Assembly: GCA_028534125.1 (NCBI GenBank)
Contig: CM052816.1
Location: 73,720,001-73,784,000 of the forward strand
Direction: 5' to 3'
Length of the DNA: 64,000 nucleotides
Source of the DNA: Lama glama
Lineage: Eukaryota
Positions within the stretch are counted from its first letter, which is position 1; each line of letters begins with the position of its first letter. This document shows, in pieces, positions 23,656 to 36,489 of the stretch. The position numbers and the translations under genes are program-made. The notes beneath the pieces are model-generated. The model was not told the DNA's origin, ran no database searches, and worked only from the letters and a program-made list of their open reading frames with translations.

Positions 23656-25635
23656 TTTAAAAACAAGAAATAGTATTCTAATAACTTATACATGGACATG
23701 TTATATAACAATATCCTGCTATATTTACACAAATAACCTTTTTGAATAGGCTTCATAAAACCAGAATTAAAATTTAATGTTATAATTATAGAAATTTAGT
23801 GGCATTCTGTTATATTAAGTAAGAATTCCTATTGTGACTTTATGCATTGGGTACCATTGCTTTCTCAGTTTTAGGGATAACTTTAAGTCTTGCAATAGTA
23901 AAATGTCAATCTACCAACAACTCTATCAAAAAGTAGTGAAAATTAAAGTTTGCATCCTTAAAAATCAGATAATATTGCATTATCTGAGAGAGTATCCAAA
24001 GGTAGTCAAAGTACTCCCATCACCATGTTTTCTGGCTGCTTCTGCTCATTTCCGTTAAAACAAAAACCAGGGTTATATAGTATAACCTGTTATTACAAAG
24101 AGTGCATTAATATAAAATTACATTAAAAGCAACAAAGACAGACTATGAAACAACTGAAGTAGTTGAAAGTTCTTATAGAAATGAATGATGCACACACTAG
24201 GGCACCAAACAGTCTGATCTTTCAAATCCCTCAAGAAACATGAAAGCTATCCAGGGAATCCTTAGAAAAAGAGAAGACTTATGGAAGAGATTAAATACCT
24301 TTATCCAGCAAAACCAGAAAATTCAAACTAGGCTTTCAACATATATACATGGAGTTTCCAGAAAGTAACTTAAGAGGTTTTATGGTGGCCATAACAGTGA
24401 CACCAATAATCAGGGAGTAGGGTGTGGGGTAGTGGTGGGAACTATCCATTCTAACTGAAAAAGTTTTCCCAATTTTCCAGTTTCAGATTTGCTACCTTGA
24501 GAAGACAAGGGATAGAAAACAGCAAAGCATAGCCACTTCTTTTCCATAGAATGCCACCCAAATTCATAGACAAAGTTTCAGACCAGGTAGACCTAAGTCA
24601 CCAAACCCTTTTGTCCTTGGTCTTAATTTTTTAATTTGTTCCTGGCTTTTTAGAGGGTCTGTAATCCTTCTAACAATCCTCTAATAAATTGGGCTGACTC
24701 AACTATGCCTTGATCTATAAGTAGATGAAATATTCTAGGACCAATCCAAATACACAGAATCCTTCCAACTAAGGGTACACTAATATCAGACACTAAATGC
24801 AAGCAAGCCAATGACTGGAGCTAATGAATGACGCTATTGAAAATCACATTAGTCAAAACCCATTCCCGGGTTGTTTATTCATGCTATAAGCATTACACTG
24901 ATGTCCACTGTAAATATAGGTTTGTACACATATAATGTTCCATACAGCACCCTGATATTGCCTATTCAGTTACTGTCCTTCCAGTGCCTGACTTCCTGTA
25001 ATGCTGCATCATTCCACATCCAGTCTCCAACAACCCTGAATCCCTCCCATCTTGAATAACATCCAGGCAGTTTTAGTCATTAAAAGCACTAATCAAAAGG
25101 CAAACATATCCATAAGTAACATCATCTCAAAGGACCCAAAAATAGCATTTGTCAAAGCCCAGAAGAATAACAGCTAAGAAAACAATGTTTTCACTTATTT
25201 CACTTTCTAGTAATGGATAATATTTATGTTACTAATAACTAGAGATTTCCAAGGGCATTAAAGGATTTTGAGGTGATATAAAAAGTATCTAAAATTATTT
25301 TTATTCATAATCCTGCCTATGTTCTGTTTCTAGACGTAAAAAGTAGAAAGAATAAGGCTTGATGAGAAGGGAAATGTAGAGGAATCAAGCAAGGTTAAAA
25401 CAAACTTAATATTTTTAAAATATGGCTAGTTTTATTCTGAACTATCTTTTACTACCTAATCAAACACAAAATAAGATACAGGACAAAGTTATCTGAGTTA
25501 TACCAACTGAATGGAACAGTAGGGACCCTGAATACAAAAAATGGTATTGTGTGCAAATTACCAAGCAGTAAATGGAAGGAGCCTTGTAGGTGAGAGCTCA
25601 CTGAAAGCACATATTCTATGTTGAATTTCTAAGAT

Positions 25636-26124
25636 GTGTATTGTCCAATACAATAGCCACCAGCCACAAATGAATACTGAATACTTGAAATGTGACTGGC
25701 TCAACTGAGAAAGTAAATTTTTTTATTTTAATTTTAATTAATCTAAATTAAATTTTTAAATTGATGCTCAATTCAATAATTAGAAAATTTTCAAGTATGT
25801 TTGAAACAACCTGGGCAGGTAAATCTACTTTTTCAACTATTGACTTTATGAAATACAAGTTAATGTTAAGTATTTCTAGTGAAAATTTGGCACTCTGATT
25901 GTGATGAGCTCTGAATGTAAAATATACACTAAAATTTGAAGGCTTCATACAAAAAAATGAATGTAAAATATGTCAATAATTTTCATATTAAATGTCAAAA
26001 TGATAACATATTGGTTTAAATTATTAAAATTAATTTCATTTGTTTCTTTTTAATTTTTATGTGATTACTAAAAATTTTTAACTTCCATAGGTGGCTCACA
26101 TTCTATGTCTATTGAATAGTGCAA
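25636..26124. mobile_element. Charlie1-family hAT deletion derivative
   Basis: Termini tgtattgtccaatac...agccaccagccac and gtggctcacatt...tattgaatagtgca are roughly inverted; the internal part resembles a Charlie transposase end. Confidence 0.75.
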
Positions 26125-26420
26125 ATTTAGAGCATAATAACAGTACTACAATGGACGCATTCCCCTTAGTGTTTAGCATAGCATCATTCACATAACTGAC
26201 TCACTGAATACACGTTGTCTAAATAAAAATTGTCCATGTATTTGGGCAAGTATTTCTTGTTATACTTTCCAAAAGATTAATTTTAAAATGAGTCTATTTT
26301 TTCCAGCAGAAAGACTGTTTTGGACACAGGTTAGGCAAGGAGAGAAATGGAGATTTTTTTTTACCTCCTCTTTCTTAGAGAACTCACACTTAGTTGACAG
26401 GGGTCAAATCCAATAATCAC

Positions 26421-26525
26421 TTTTTTGTTTGTTTTTGGTGAGGAGGTAATTAGGGTTAATTATTTTTTAATGGAGGTACTGGGGATTGAACCCAGGACCT
26501 CCTTACATGTTAAACCCTCCACCCT
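26421..26525 (-). mobile_element. tRNA-derived SINE of camelid type, lacking the A-box segment
   Basis: The - strand reads gaggtcctgggttcaatccccagtacctccattaaaaaataattaaccctaattacctcc (B box plus tail); approximate TSD aataatcac / aatagtcac. Confidence 0.8.
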
Positions 26526-26729
26526 AAATAGTCACATTTTTATCAAGTCCCCACACTGCTCCCAAGCAGCTACTCAGTTGAGCACTCTGTCTAGTTGGGG
26601 GTTTTCCCACCAGTCTCATCATGGCTGCATCAAAATTATCAAAGTTTTAAGGAACTCTGTAATAACTCCAAGGAGCTATGGGGGAAATAACAGATAAATG
26701 AGACTAAATGCACAGTTGCTGGCATTACC

Positions 26730-26935
26730 TAAAACTGAGTCCTGATTTTGCCATACACAGACAATGAAAAAGTTATTTAACCTCTATCATTTCCTCATTC
26801 ATAAATAAGGAGTGATAATAGTAACCACTTGTTAAGACTGATTTGTTTTTAAAAAACACATTAAATAGTGCTTGAAACAAAGCAGGAACTCAATAGCGGC
26901 TGGATGCTGCTGCTGATTAATTATTATCATTGTTA
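26730..26935 (+). mobile_element. MIR fragment
   Basis: aagttatttaacctct...tttcctcattcataaataaggagtgataatagta. Confidence 0.65.
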
Positions 26936-27318
26936 TTACTACATCAATAACTCTTCCCACCCATTCCAAGAATTTTGAACATCTTCTTAAGTAATCTTCA
27001 CTTTGGTAGTTCCCAAATTTTCCAAAAATAAAAGTCTTTTTTAGCTTTAGTTTCTTACTTTTCCTGCGTGAAATTACTAATCCAGCTGCTGGCGCTATAG
27101 GGCCATAAACATAAAGATTTTCCTTTTTCCAAGAAATTTGAGAAACCCTCTGTAGGTATTTTAGATGCCCCATGCAGACAAAGATTGACAAACTAGATAG
27201 GATGATGCCATATTCACCTGTTTCAGTTGTGATCAGATAATTTAAAGCCCAAGGGTTACCATAACTTGGATGTTATGTGATTATTTTATATTTTAAAACA
27301 ACTGGGCAGCTTATAATC

Positions 27319-27583
27319 CAGGGCTGCCTTACCAGTTAACCCTGTAGACACAGTGCCTAAGACCCACAATAATTTTTAGGGCTCCACAAAGATGTTTTAA
27401 TTCCTTTTAAAAACAAACGAACAAACAAAACTTTTAGGTTGAAGAAAATGGTTTGCTATATAATATTAATGTATTCATCTTTAGACCAACACAGTCATAA
27501 AATATAATTTTTAATGTTTTGTGGAGGAAGGGGCCCACAAAGGCAAAGGTGCTTAGTTATAAAATAAAGGGTGCTTGGCCCTA
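27319..27583. mobile_element. hAT MITE (MER96B-like)
   Basis: Termini cagggctgcc...ggcccta; internal cacagtgcctaagacccac and ggaggaaggggcccacaaaggcaaa. Confidence 0.6.
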
Positions 27584-28389
27584 CCAGGTAACCAGAAGCA
27601 ATTAGGATGAGAACGAGTAATGCAACACCACTCTGCACATTGGGAACCATAGGTAGACTGGTTGCATAGGCCCTCATTGCCAGGGCAAACATGAAAGAAC
27701 AATGTGTTTATACAAGGGGCAGATGGCCACATCACCAGTCACAGAGTGCATGCAGAGCTAATACTCGAAAGGGGCGTTTTGACAGTTCTATGTCTGGCTC
27801 TAAGCCATCCATAAGCCTTCAAATTCACCCACAGGCCACACACATCACAGAGGAGCTGGCTTCTACTATCTTGACATCATTTTCAGCCTTAGTATTGTCC
27901 TGTTTTGCCCCAGGCATCTTGACCTCACCTGATTCCTCTGGCTTTGGACTGTAAAATTAGACTTCCTTGTTATGGCTTTGCCTCTATCTTCAGCTGGCTG
28001 AGTGATGCACACTGCTATGTCCTGGGCTATGATTTTTACTTCTCTGCTTCACTAAGTTTCTCCTCTCACCAGGCCGCTTCAGACTATCCTAGGGCCATTC
28101 TGCCCTATCCCACTCTGCTCTTCAGACCCCTTCACAGAACTTCTGTGCCCTGCAAAGTCTTCAAGAAAATAATAGAAATTTATAAAGTATGGTCTGGCAC
28201 CTAGGAGCAAAAAGATGTGATGCTGAGTTTCTAGTTCAGCTAAATGGCCTTTGACTTTAATGTCCTTGGTACTTAGTTTACTCGACTATAACACAGAAAT
28301 AATGGGCAGCAACTAACTGACTCACTTTGTCTCTTGCAAGTGGGAAACAGGCAGCATATTTAGTAAGTGGTACTTTTTTCACTTCTGCT

Positions 28390-28790
28390 TCATATATACA
28401 GTTATTTCACTACTTATGATGTACACACATGATTCTAGATACTATACACAGGGGATCAAGATAGAGTTCCTGCCTTCAGAAAACGTATACTAATGTTTGC
28501 AGACAGAAAATAAACAAACCAGTAAACAGCACATCAGGTAATCAGAACATATACTCGTTATGGAGAAAGATAAAAGAGAGTGAAAGAGATAGTGACTGGG
28601 ATGTGTACAGTTCAGTTAATATAAGCAGGTTAAGGAAGGTGCCATTTGAACAGATTCTTAAGGAGAGTGAACAAGAAAGTCATATACATGTCCAAGGAAA
28701 GAACCTTCCAGAAAGAAGGAATAAGTAGAAAATCCCTGAAGAAGGCACATGTTTGTCATGTTTGAGGAGCAGCAAAAGCTGGAGAAGCCC
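28390..28790 (-). mobile_element. L2 fragment
   Basis: agttcctgccttcaga...gccatttgaacaga...tgtttgaggagcagcaa. Confidence 0.65.
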
Positions 28791-28865
28791 CTTTTAGCCC
28801 AAATGCTGGTAAATGAAGCTTACCATGCTTTCAACCACATTGTCCCATCTATGAGCAACGATACA

Positions 28866-29079
28866 CAGTTGACCCTAGAACAACACAGGTGTGAGCTGTG
28901 CAGGTCCACTAATATGCAGATTTTTTTCAGTACTACATACTACAGTACTATACTATCTGCACTGGTTGAATTTGAGAATAAGGAACTACCAGTTTGGAAG
29001 GCAAACTGTAAAGTTATAGTAGAATTTTCGGTTGCCGAGGGTCAGTGCCCCAACCCCCATGTTGTTCAAGGGTCAACTG
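28866..29079. mobile_element. Tigger2/MER8-like Tc1-mariner MITE with intact TIRs
   Basis: cagttgaccctagaacaaca (28866) and tgttgttcaagggtcaactg (to 29079) are 19/20 inverted; TA follows the right end. Confidence 0.9.
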
Positions 29080-29344
29080 TAGTTCATTCCCCACTTGGAA
29101 AGGGAAGCAGGAGAGAGACTGAACAGGATGCAAGGTTAGGAAGCCCCATGGTCAGGTCTGGCAGTGCATCTTCAATTTCAGTTCAACAAACATTTCCTAC
29201 ATATATGCAACAGTCTATATCAGTCTCTAAAAGAAGATAAAGTTACAGGTCACTGATAAGAAAGATATCATTCTGTCTGAAAAGTTGGGTATCTTCAGAA
29301 TTTCCTAAACACCTCTTTACATGTAACCCCTTCAAAGAAAAATA

Positions 29345-29397
29345 AAATTATTTTTGGAATTTCCATCATTGAAATTATTTTTAGAATTTCCATCATT
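29345..29397. repeat. 27-bp tandem duplication
   Basis: aaattatttttggaatttccatcatt / aaattatttttagaatttccatcatt, 1 mismatch. Confidence 0.9.
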
Positions 29398-30984
29398 TTG
29401 GTTTATCTATCCCACAGCACTTCTCTAATTAGTGCAGATAATTGAAAGTTAACTTTATTTTCAAAGCAGAGAAGAACTAATTGGCCCACCAGCTGGGAAA
29501 TGGAGTGTCTTCAGATTGTAAACTTAATGGTCATTTTAAGACCAGTAGGAACCCAAAAATGTCATTTAATTCACCTTTCTGCCTGCAAGCAGGACACATT
29601 TCTACTTAGCCCAGGCAGAAAGGGCTCATTTCTTCACATCCATCTCAATCCATGTACTTGGTCAAGTTTCATGCCAAACTATATGTGTCCATCTCTTAAC
29701 AGGGCTATTACATTGCATGGTAATTTTACATAATTGAAATTTTTCATCTCTACTCATTTAAAAAAACATAATAACATACTCATATTAATAGAATTTTAAA
29801 CATATAATCATAGTAATAACCTTTCAAAGAACTCGTCCAAATGACAATACTCACTATATGTTTATTGAGTAAGTAGAAATTTTTAGGAGCAAGTGGTTGT
29901 TATTGTCTTAGGCTTTGTAGAACTGGCCACAAATTTTTATTTTTGGATGGAAAACTGTAAGAAAGCAGTAAGTCCCTTTCCTGTTATTAAGGCTGAGCAA
30001 AGCAAACATTATTTTAACCTTTGTTGTATTTCTGGCTCACATTTACTCCACCATTTTACTGGAGTTTCTCTTGCATTGCCCAATGTTGGGTGTTTGTACT
30101 TTTTTTTTTCTTCTACATCTGTTTTTTCTCAAACTCTTAAGTTTCTGCACTTTCTGTATACCTTTCATTTTCCTTCTGTAACTTTTTTCCCCTCTCCATT
30201 GTTTTTGTCAATGTGTATCATTTTGTAACATCTTTATATTTTTTGTTTTACTCACTTTAAAAAATACTCTCTATATACCTTTTCCCTCTTCCTTTCTTTG
30301 TTTCTATCACTTTTTAAATTCCTACTTTCTGCCCTGCCCTGGTAAATGCAAGCCCCATGCCATTCTGAAACATAACCATAGTCCTATCACTCTTCCATGG
30401 TGTGATCGAGACTTGGGCTGTCAGTTTGCTAAATAATCAAGTAAACTGACCAAAAGAGGCAGAAAAGACAACAGTCAAATCCCAGATCTCAGCTTTACCT
30501 ACTGAATTACAAAGCGAAAAGGTACTGAAATCAGACCACTGCACACTGTCATTCCACCTTTTATCTACAACATCCAAGGAGAAAACAGGATTATAAGTAT
30601 CAATATCAGTGAGAGACATCAAAATAGGGGAACATTTTACTTCTACTTTGAAAACTACTTTATGACTTTTAGGTAGCATTTTTATAACTACTGATTTAGA
30701 AAAAAAATATGAATTTTGATTGTGATGGAACTCAGGTCTGCAATATATTAGCCAGCCCTAGCAGTAGCCCAATGGATCAAACAGACCAATTTGCCCTGAG
30801 GAGCACAAGTAGATCCTACCCCAACTCATCTCTTTTCCTACCTTATTAGTGTTTCTTATTTGACATGCCTCTGATCTCATCACTGACCCAACTGTACACA
30901 GATTTTCACCATATATTTCATCATCTCAGCTCCCTAAGTGAAAATCAGTGTCTCATGAACTAGAAAAGTTAAATTGCTAATAAT

Positions 30985-31405
30985 CATGGTTGCCAGAATA
31001 ATGACTCTTCAAGAATGTCTATGTCCTAATCCCTAAAACCTATGAATACATCCCCTCATATGACAAAGAGGAACTAAGGTTGCAGGTGGAACTAAGGTTG
31101 CTAATTAGCTGACTTTAAGATAGGGAGAGGACCCTGGATTCTCCAATATAGTCACAAAGTCTTGGAAGGAGACAGGAGGAAGAGTCAGAATCAGAGTGAT
31201 TTAATGTGAGAAGGATTTCAATTTGCAATTTCTGGCTCTGAAGAGTAAGAAAGGGACTGACCACAAGCCAAGAAATATGGGGCAGCCTCCAGAAACTGGA
31301 AAAAGCAAGGAGACAGACGCTGCCCTAGAGTCTCCAGAAGGAACACAGTCCTGCTGACACTTAGTGAAGCCCACTGGAACCCAGTGAAACCCATTTCAGA
31401 CTTAG
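30985..31405 (+). mobile_element. MLT1D-like MaLR LTR
   Basis: cagaataatgac...tgtcctaatccctaaaacc...aaggttgctaattagctgacttt...ctagagtctccagaaggaacacagtcctgctgacac. Confidence 0.8.
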
Positions 31406-31536
31406 AGTTTTGAGAGGATTATTTTCTCACAGCAAAAATTATACTTAAAAAATCTTACATCTTTCAAAAATATTTTGAATATATTCTAGATATTACTTTG
31501 TCTAAATACCTTCAGCATGTAAGGTACTGTTATTAG

Positions 31537-31578
31537 AAGCATTAAATTTTCTAAATAAAGCATTAAACTTTCTAAATA
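31537..31578. repeat. 21-bp tandem duplication
   Basis: aagcattaaattttctaaata / aagcattaaactttctaaata. Confidence 0.85.
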
Positions 31579-31998
31579 GTTATTATAAGGTGTATATTTC
31601 ATTCTAAAATAGCCTGATATTCTCTTCTATAATTTTGTCTTTTTTTTTCCAAGGGGCTGCTTTAATCGAACTTTTAAAGTTAAGTCAGTAATATTTGGAT
31701 TATGTGAATAAAGCTTTTAAATCTCGCTAGGCAAAATCTCTGACAAAACTACTATTTGAATGTTGACATTTTTAGAACTTTATAGCTATTTTTCTACTTT
31801 TCTTCTCTAGTCAGAAACATTTACATTTTCTCTGTGTGTGATATTAGCTCCTGCACCTCAGTGTGTCAGACAAGATTATTTATGATTCCACAAAACTATG
31901 CCTTTAAAATGTGCATAGACGTTTGATAAGAATGGTGAGGACTAGAAACATTTCCTATTCATGGACAAGCTTACAGTTGAGCTTAAAATTACTAGCTA

Positions 31999-32191
31999 AT
32001 ATATACAAAATAGATAAACAAGTTTATACTGTATAGCACAGGAAACCATATTCAATATGTTGTAGTAACTTATGGCAAAAAAGAATATGAAAACAAATAT
32101 ATGTATGTTCCTACATGGCTGAAGTATTGTGCTATACACCAGAAACTGACACACTGTAAACTGATTATACTTCAATAAAAATATATACTAT
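31999..32191 (+). mobile_element. Short cetartiodactyl-type L1 3' end
   Basis: tagataaacaagtttatactgtatagcacagg...tgattatacttcaataaaaa is homologous to 20000-20175; flanked by taaaattac on both sides. Confidence 0.85.
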
Positions 32192-32567
32192 AAAATTACA
32201 ACTATCAAAAATTAATTACCTGTGTCAGGCAGTCATTGGGAAATGCTAAACTTCACTTCCACACATACAATTGATGTGACTCCCCTAAACAACCACCCAC
32301 CCCAATTCCTCCTGTTCTCTCAATTGCCACCTTAGGACTTCTCAGGTGTTTAATGTTACTGATAAAATAAAAACTGAAAAGTCTCAAAAATATCATTTAA
32401 AAGGCTGAGGATCCTAGGGGTCAAAAAAAGAATGAAGTCCCTAGAGATTTCTACCAGAGAAAATGCCAACAACAATTCATCCACAACACTTCATCTTTCC
32501 ATTCCAATCCTTCATCTTCTTTGAAGTCTCCAGCCCTACAGAACCTCAGCCATAAGCTATGAAGAGA

Positions 32568-32629
32568 GACACCGTCTGTGGGTACAGCTGGGAAAGTCGA
32601 CACTGCCTGTGGGTACAGCTGGGAAAGTC
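32568..32629. repeat. 31-bp tandem duplication
   Basis: gacaccgtctgtgggtacagctgggaaagtc / gacactgcctgtgggtacagctgggaaagtc, 2 mismatches. Confidence 0.92.
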
Positions 32630-34030
32630 CACGCTCTCAGTGACCAGAGACCAAATCTTCACCTTAACAGTTTTTATAAACCCTATACCACCCCTCTGAT
32701 TTACCTCAAAAACTGTCAACATTAACTAAAAATATACCAGCATTGACCATCACTTACTAACCTCTTGAATAACTTCTAAAACATGAAAGTAAAATAGAGA
32801 CTCCTTTAAAAAATATTAGCATTATCTCTGAACATCTGGTTCTCCTTTTAAATTTGGTCCATGCATTACAGATTCGTGTTGTCTTAGTGTGGTTCATTAT
32901 TTTCTTTCCTTGAAAAAAATCAAAATACTGCCCCTTGGCACACTGTTTTATTGTGTAAACTTGCCACTGAGCTATTTGTGTCTCATTACGCGGTTTGATT
33001 TGCCAATAGCTAATCACAGTCATCATTGACTAAACTCAATTCTCACAGAATCGTAACAATAAAACAAGGAGTCTGATGGCATCACTTACATGGGATTCAT
33101 TATAATAGAAGTGGATATCACATTATTAGACTCCCTTATTCACATGTATGCATTTATTCCTCCAGACTTTCACGCCTGAAATAAATTTACTGGAATCCCA
33201 GCCTCTACTATATGTTAAGCCTACAATTCAAGAACAGCCAGGCCAAGGACATAGTGTTCCATCTTTACAATCAAATACAGATTTCTCATTAAAAGGAAAA
33301 TTCCCTATTTCAAAAGATTTAATAGTATGGTCCTTTAGAAATAATTCCAGATGGCTAAATTTTAGGACTTCAAATATTCTACTACAAGAAATATTTTTTC
33401 TTTATTGTATTTCTGTACAAATTTTCAGACACTAGAGGTCTTGCCTCTTAATGTTTCCTCTTTAAGAGACAGGTTGGGTTTAGGAGTTCTACCGCATTTT
33501 CTTACATTATTTCAGCTATACTTGTACCTATTCAAGATGACCTCACTCCTATTGACACATTTTCTGTGATTGTGCAATATATGTTGATATTTTCCTACAC
33601 TGTTTTGCTACTTTTTGTATCAACTTGGCCATCTTTTCTCACTCACTTGCAACCCCACCCTCTTTTCTTTGAAGATTCTGTCTACATAAATTAAAAATAA
33701 ACTTCATTGAGCCTAATGGGTTATTACATCAAGAGGAAAAAAATCCAAACACAACAGTGATTAAGTACATAAGCTTTAACTGAAATGAGTATTTTCAAAA
33801 TAAACAACACTGACAGACATTTCCCAATAGCTTTAGAGAGCTCATGTATAACACAAGAGCAATGCTTTTATTGCCCCCACATCTCATGCCACACTAAATG
33901 TTTCCAAACAGTGTTTGAATACCATATTGACACACAGTATTCCATGATATTCAAGTAACCAGACAATTGAGTTGAAATTTTTAGATCAAACTTCTGCCGA
34001 TTTAAGTCACGTGATTATAAGTCAGGTTAG

Positions 34031-34049
34031 TTGCCACTAGATGGCTCTG
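34031..34049 (+). promoter_or_regulatory. CTCF-like binding motif
   Basis: ttGCCACTAGATGGCtct matches the CTCF core CCACYAGRKGGC and lies in unique sequence. Confidence 0.6.
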
Positions 34050-36002
34050 GTTTTAGTCGCTCTCTAACATAGTATATGCCCTATAATTAAAAACCTATAG
34101 TGAAAGCATAGGCATTGATGGTTAAAATTTCCAGAAAGAGGTGGGGAGGGTCTGGTGGGGGCACAAACTATGTAACACAACAAATTTTTGCATTTCATTC
34201 AAGATATTATTTTGGAATTATCTTTCTGAAGTAGCTAAATGTCTGTAATACGTATATAGAAATGACATAAGAAAAAAATAGGAAAAAAAATTCCACATAC
34301 ATCTTAGCATGACTTCTGTCACCTAAGTGCATACATTTTTCCTCTCATATAAGTTAAGCATTCTGGTATTCATCTCATTTTAAAATTCATTTTAAAGCGT
34401 GGCCAGCACATTCCCTTCAATGGCTTGGCTATCCCTGGTACACTCCTCTGTGCAGCCTTCTAGGCTTTTTGGTGTGTCCTCCACCAATAAATGTTTCTTC
34501 CACAGGCCTATGCAGTCTGGTTCACCAGACCTCATTCTCTTTTTTTCCTACCATAATGTGAACTGTTAAATTTTTCTGAAATTTTGAAAATTTCAGAATT
34601 TCTAGGCTAGAAAAACAAGAGTGTCCATCAGTCTAGTTGCTTCTAATAGCAATTGTTCATTAAAGGAGCAATATATGTCTTTGAGCACTTTTAAAACAGT
34701 TATGCTTAACATGACAAATCTCTTTAAAGACAAAGAAAACATAGCTCCTTCATACCACAAACCAAATGATTTTGCCCTCATTTTTAGGGTAATCACAGTG
34801 TGCTGAAACCTCACTGCAACATGTAGAATGCACAATCCTTCGGAACCATCCTGCCTCTGTGGCACATAGTAAGTACTCAAAAACATTTGTTGGATGAGTG
34901 AAAGAATAGCTGGTGGAAGATTCGTTTTTGGTATGACACGTCCTAAACTACCTACTCAATTGCCAACAGTGATAGAGTGAAACTGTCCGTCTCGTACTCT
35001 AGCATGAGAAGTGGTCCCAGAATATTGACTTGTTCAAGCCAAACTAATGAATTATTACATCTAAGACTACAGGCATCCTGCAAATATCATTCTAGGACCA
35101 CAACGTGAAAACAACACTCCCTCCACAAAATCCCTACACAACTACCATGGCCCTGGGTTTAATTTTATATGGGGATAAACTGAGAGTTCCCTCAGATGGG
35201 GATCACTCACTACCACTGTCGTCCTTCATGCTACCCAGATTTCTCCCAGGTTCTGGGGAGATAGTTTGACCCTGAATTACATTACCACATGGCTTGCAGT
35301 AAAATCTGGAACTTAAGTAGCCTGCTTAGTATTTTTCCTCCTTTAAAATGCAGCCTCACTCTTCTGCTTACTGCCAGCTGACTGTGCAAAGAGTGTGTGG
35401 CTGTGAAAAGTGGGACAACATCACAAGTCTGTCCCAGAACCCAAGACAGCTGACTCAGTCAGGAAAGGGCTATACACTTTTGCGTAGCCATTGGGTGAGG
35501 GTTTTTTGGAGCATTCACTCAAAATTACTACTTAGTCCAATTTAAAATAGAAAATTTGCAGTTATATCCATATCAAAAAAAAAGAAAGAAAGGGTTTTTT
35601 TCCAATGGTTTGTCACAAGTGAATGAAATATGTTTCCATCTCATTAGAGCTTCTATGGGCAAAACACCTAAAAATAAACAAAACATATTTGTTTACTTCC
35701 ATCCTTCCAGTTGAAAAGCACATTTCCCCAAGGGTAGGGTTTTTGAAATAAGCCAGGAGAGTGAAAGTAGGAAGGATTGGCAGTTGTCCCCCCCCTTGCT
35801 CAGATCTAGCTCTGGAATCCCTGATGGTAAGCAGAGTATCTGAAATATTCTGAATGTGGTAACCAGGGAATTCTACATGAGATAGACTATCTCCCTAAGT
35901 AAGGATCAACATTTTTTTCATTCTACTGAAAAGAACCTCTGATAAATATATTTTAAATGTATCAAATTAACAAGTATTTTTGAGTGCTACAAATCTAACA
36001 TC

Positions 36003-36030
36003 TGTGTGTGTGTGTGCACGCACGCGTGTA
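36003..36030. repeat. Alternating purine-pyrimidine tract (TG)7 CACGCACGCGTGTA
   Basis: 28 bp of strict alternation read directly. Confidence 0.9.
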
Positions 36031-36489
36031 GTCACCAGATTCATGAGTCTCACAATTTGTTGAGGAAACAAGATTTATATATATGAAACTGTTAAAAGCA
36101 CAACAAAGCTTTTAATGCACGCATATAATAAATAATATTCAAGGTAATTTATAGCCACTTTCCCATTTCTTATCAACAATTGTCCTAATTCTACATCAAA
36201 AGATCCAGGAACCTGACTGGCCAAGACACAACTCTCAGTGGATACGGACTGTAGGATAGGACAGAATAATCATGTTCATGAATATTGTCCCATTTCCTGG
36301 TGCACATCTGTGTAAGAAAGAGAGAACCAAAGAGATATGTGTCATATAATATACTGTGGCCATTTGAGTTTCAAGTCCTTATTGAAATAATAATTTCAAT
36401 AATTTCAGAAAAAAAATTAAGGATATAGAATAGAAAGGAAACCAAAGCAGAAGCTGAAGTGAGTAATTAAAAAATGACAGCTATTAGAT

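Noticed and set aside
26470..26505. tRNA-like B box
   Set aside because: Part of a SINE; no cloverleaf or A box.
28749..29240. Longest ORF in the track (163 aa)
   Set aside because: It runs through L2 sequence and a Tigger2/MER8-like MITE; no recognisable protein.
4940..32629. Short direct repeats considered as a CRISPR-like array
   Set aside because: They are unrelated two-copy tandem duplications without spacers, in mammalian DNA with no cas genes.
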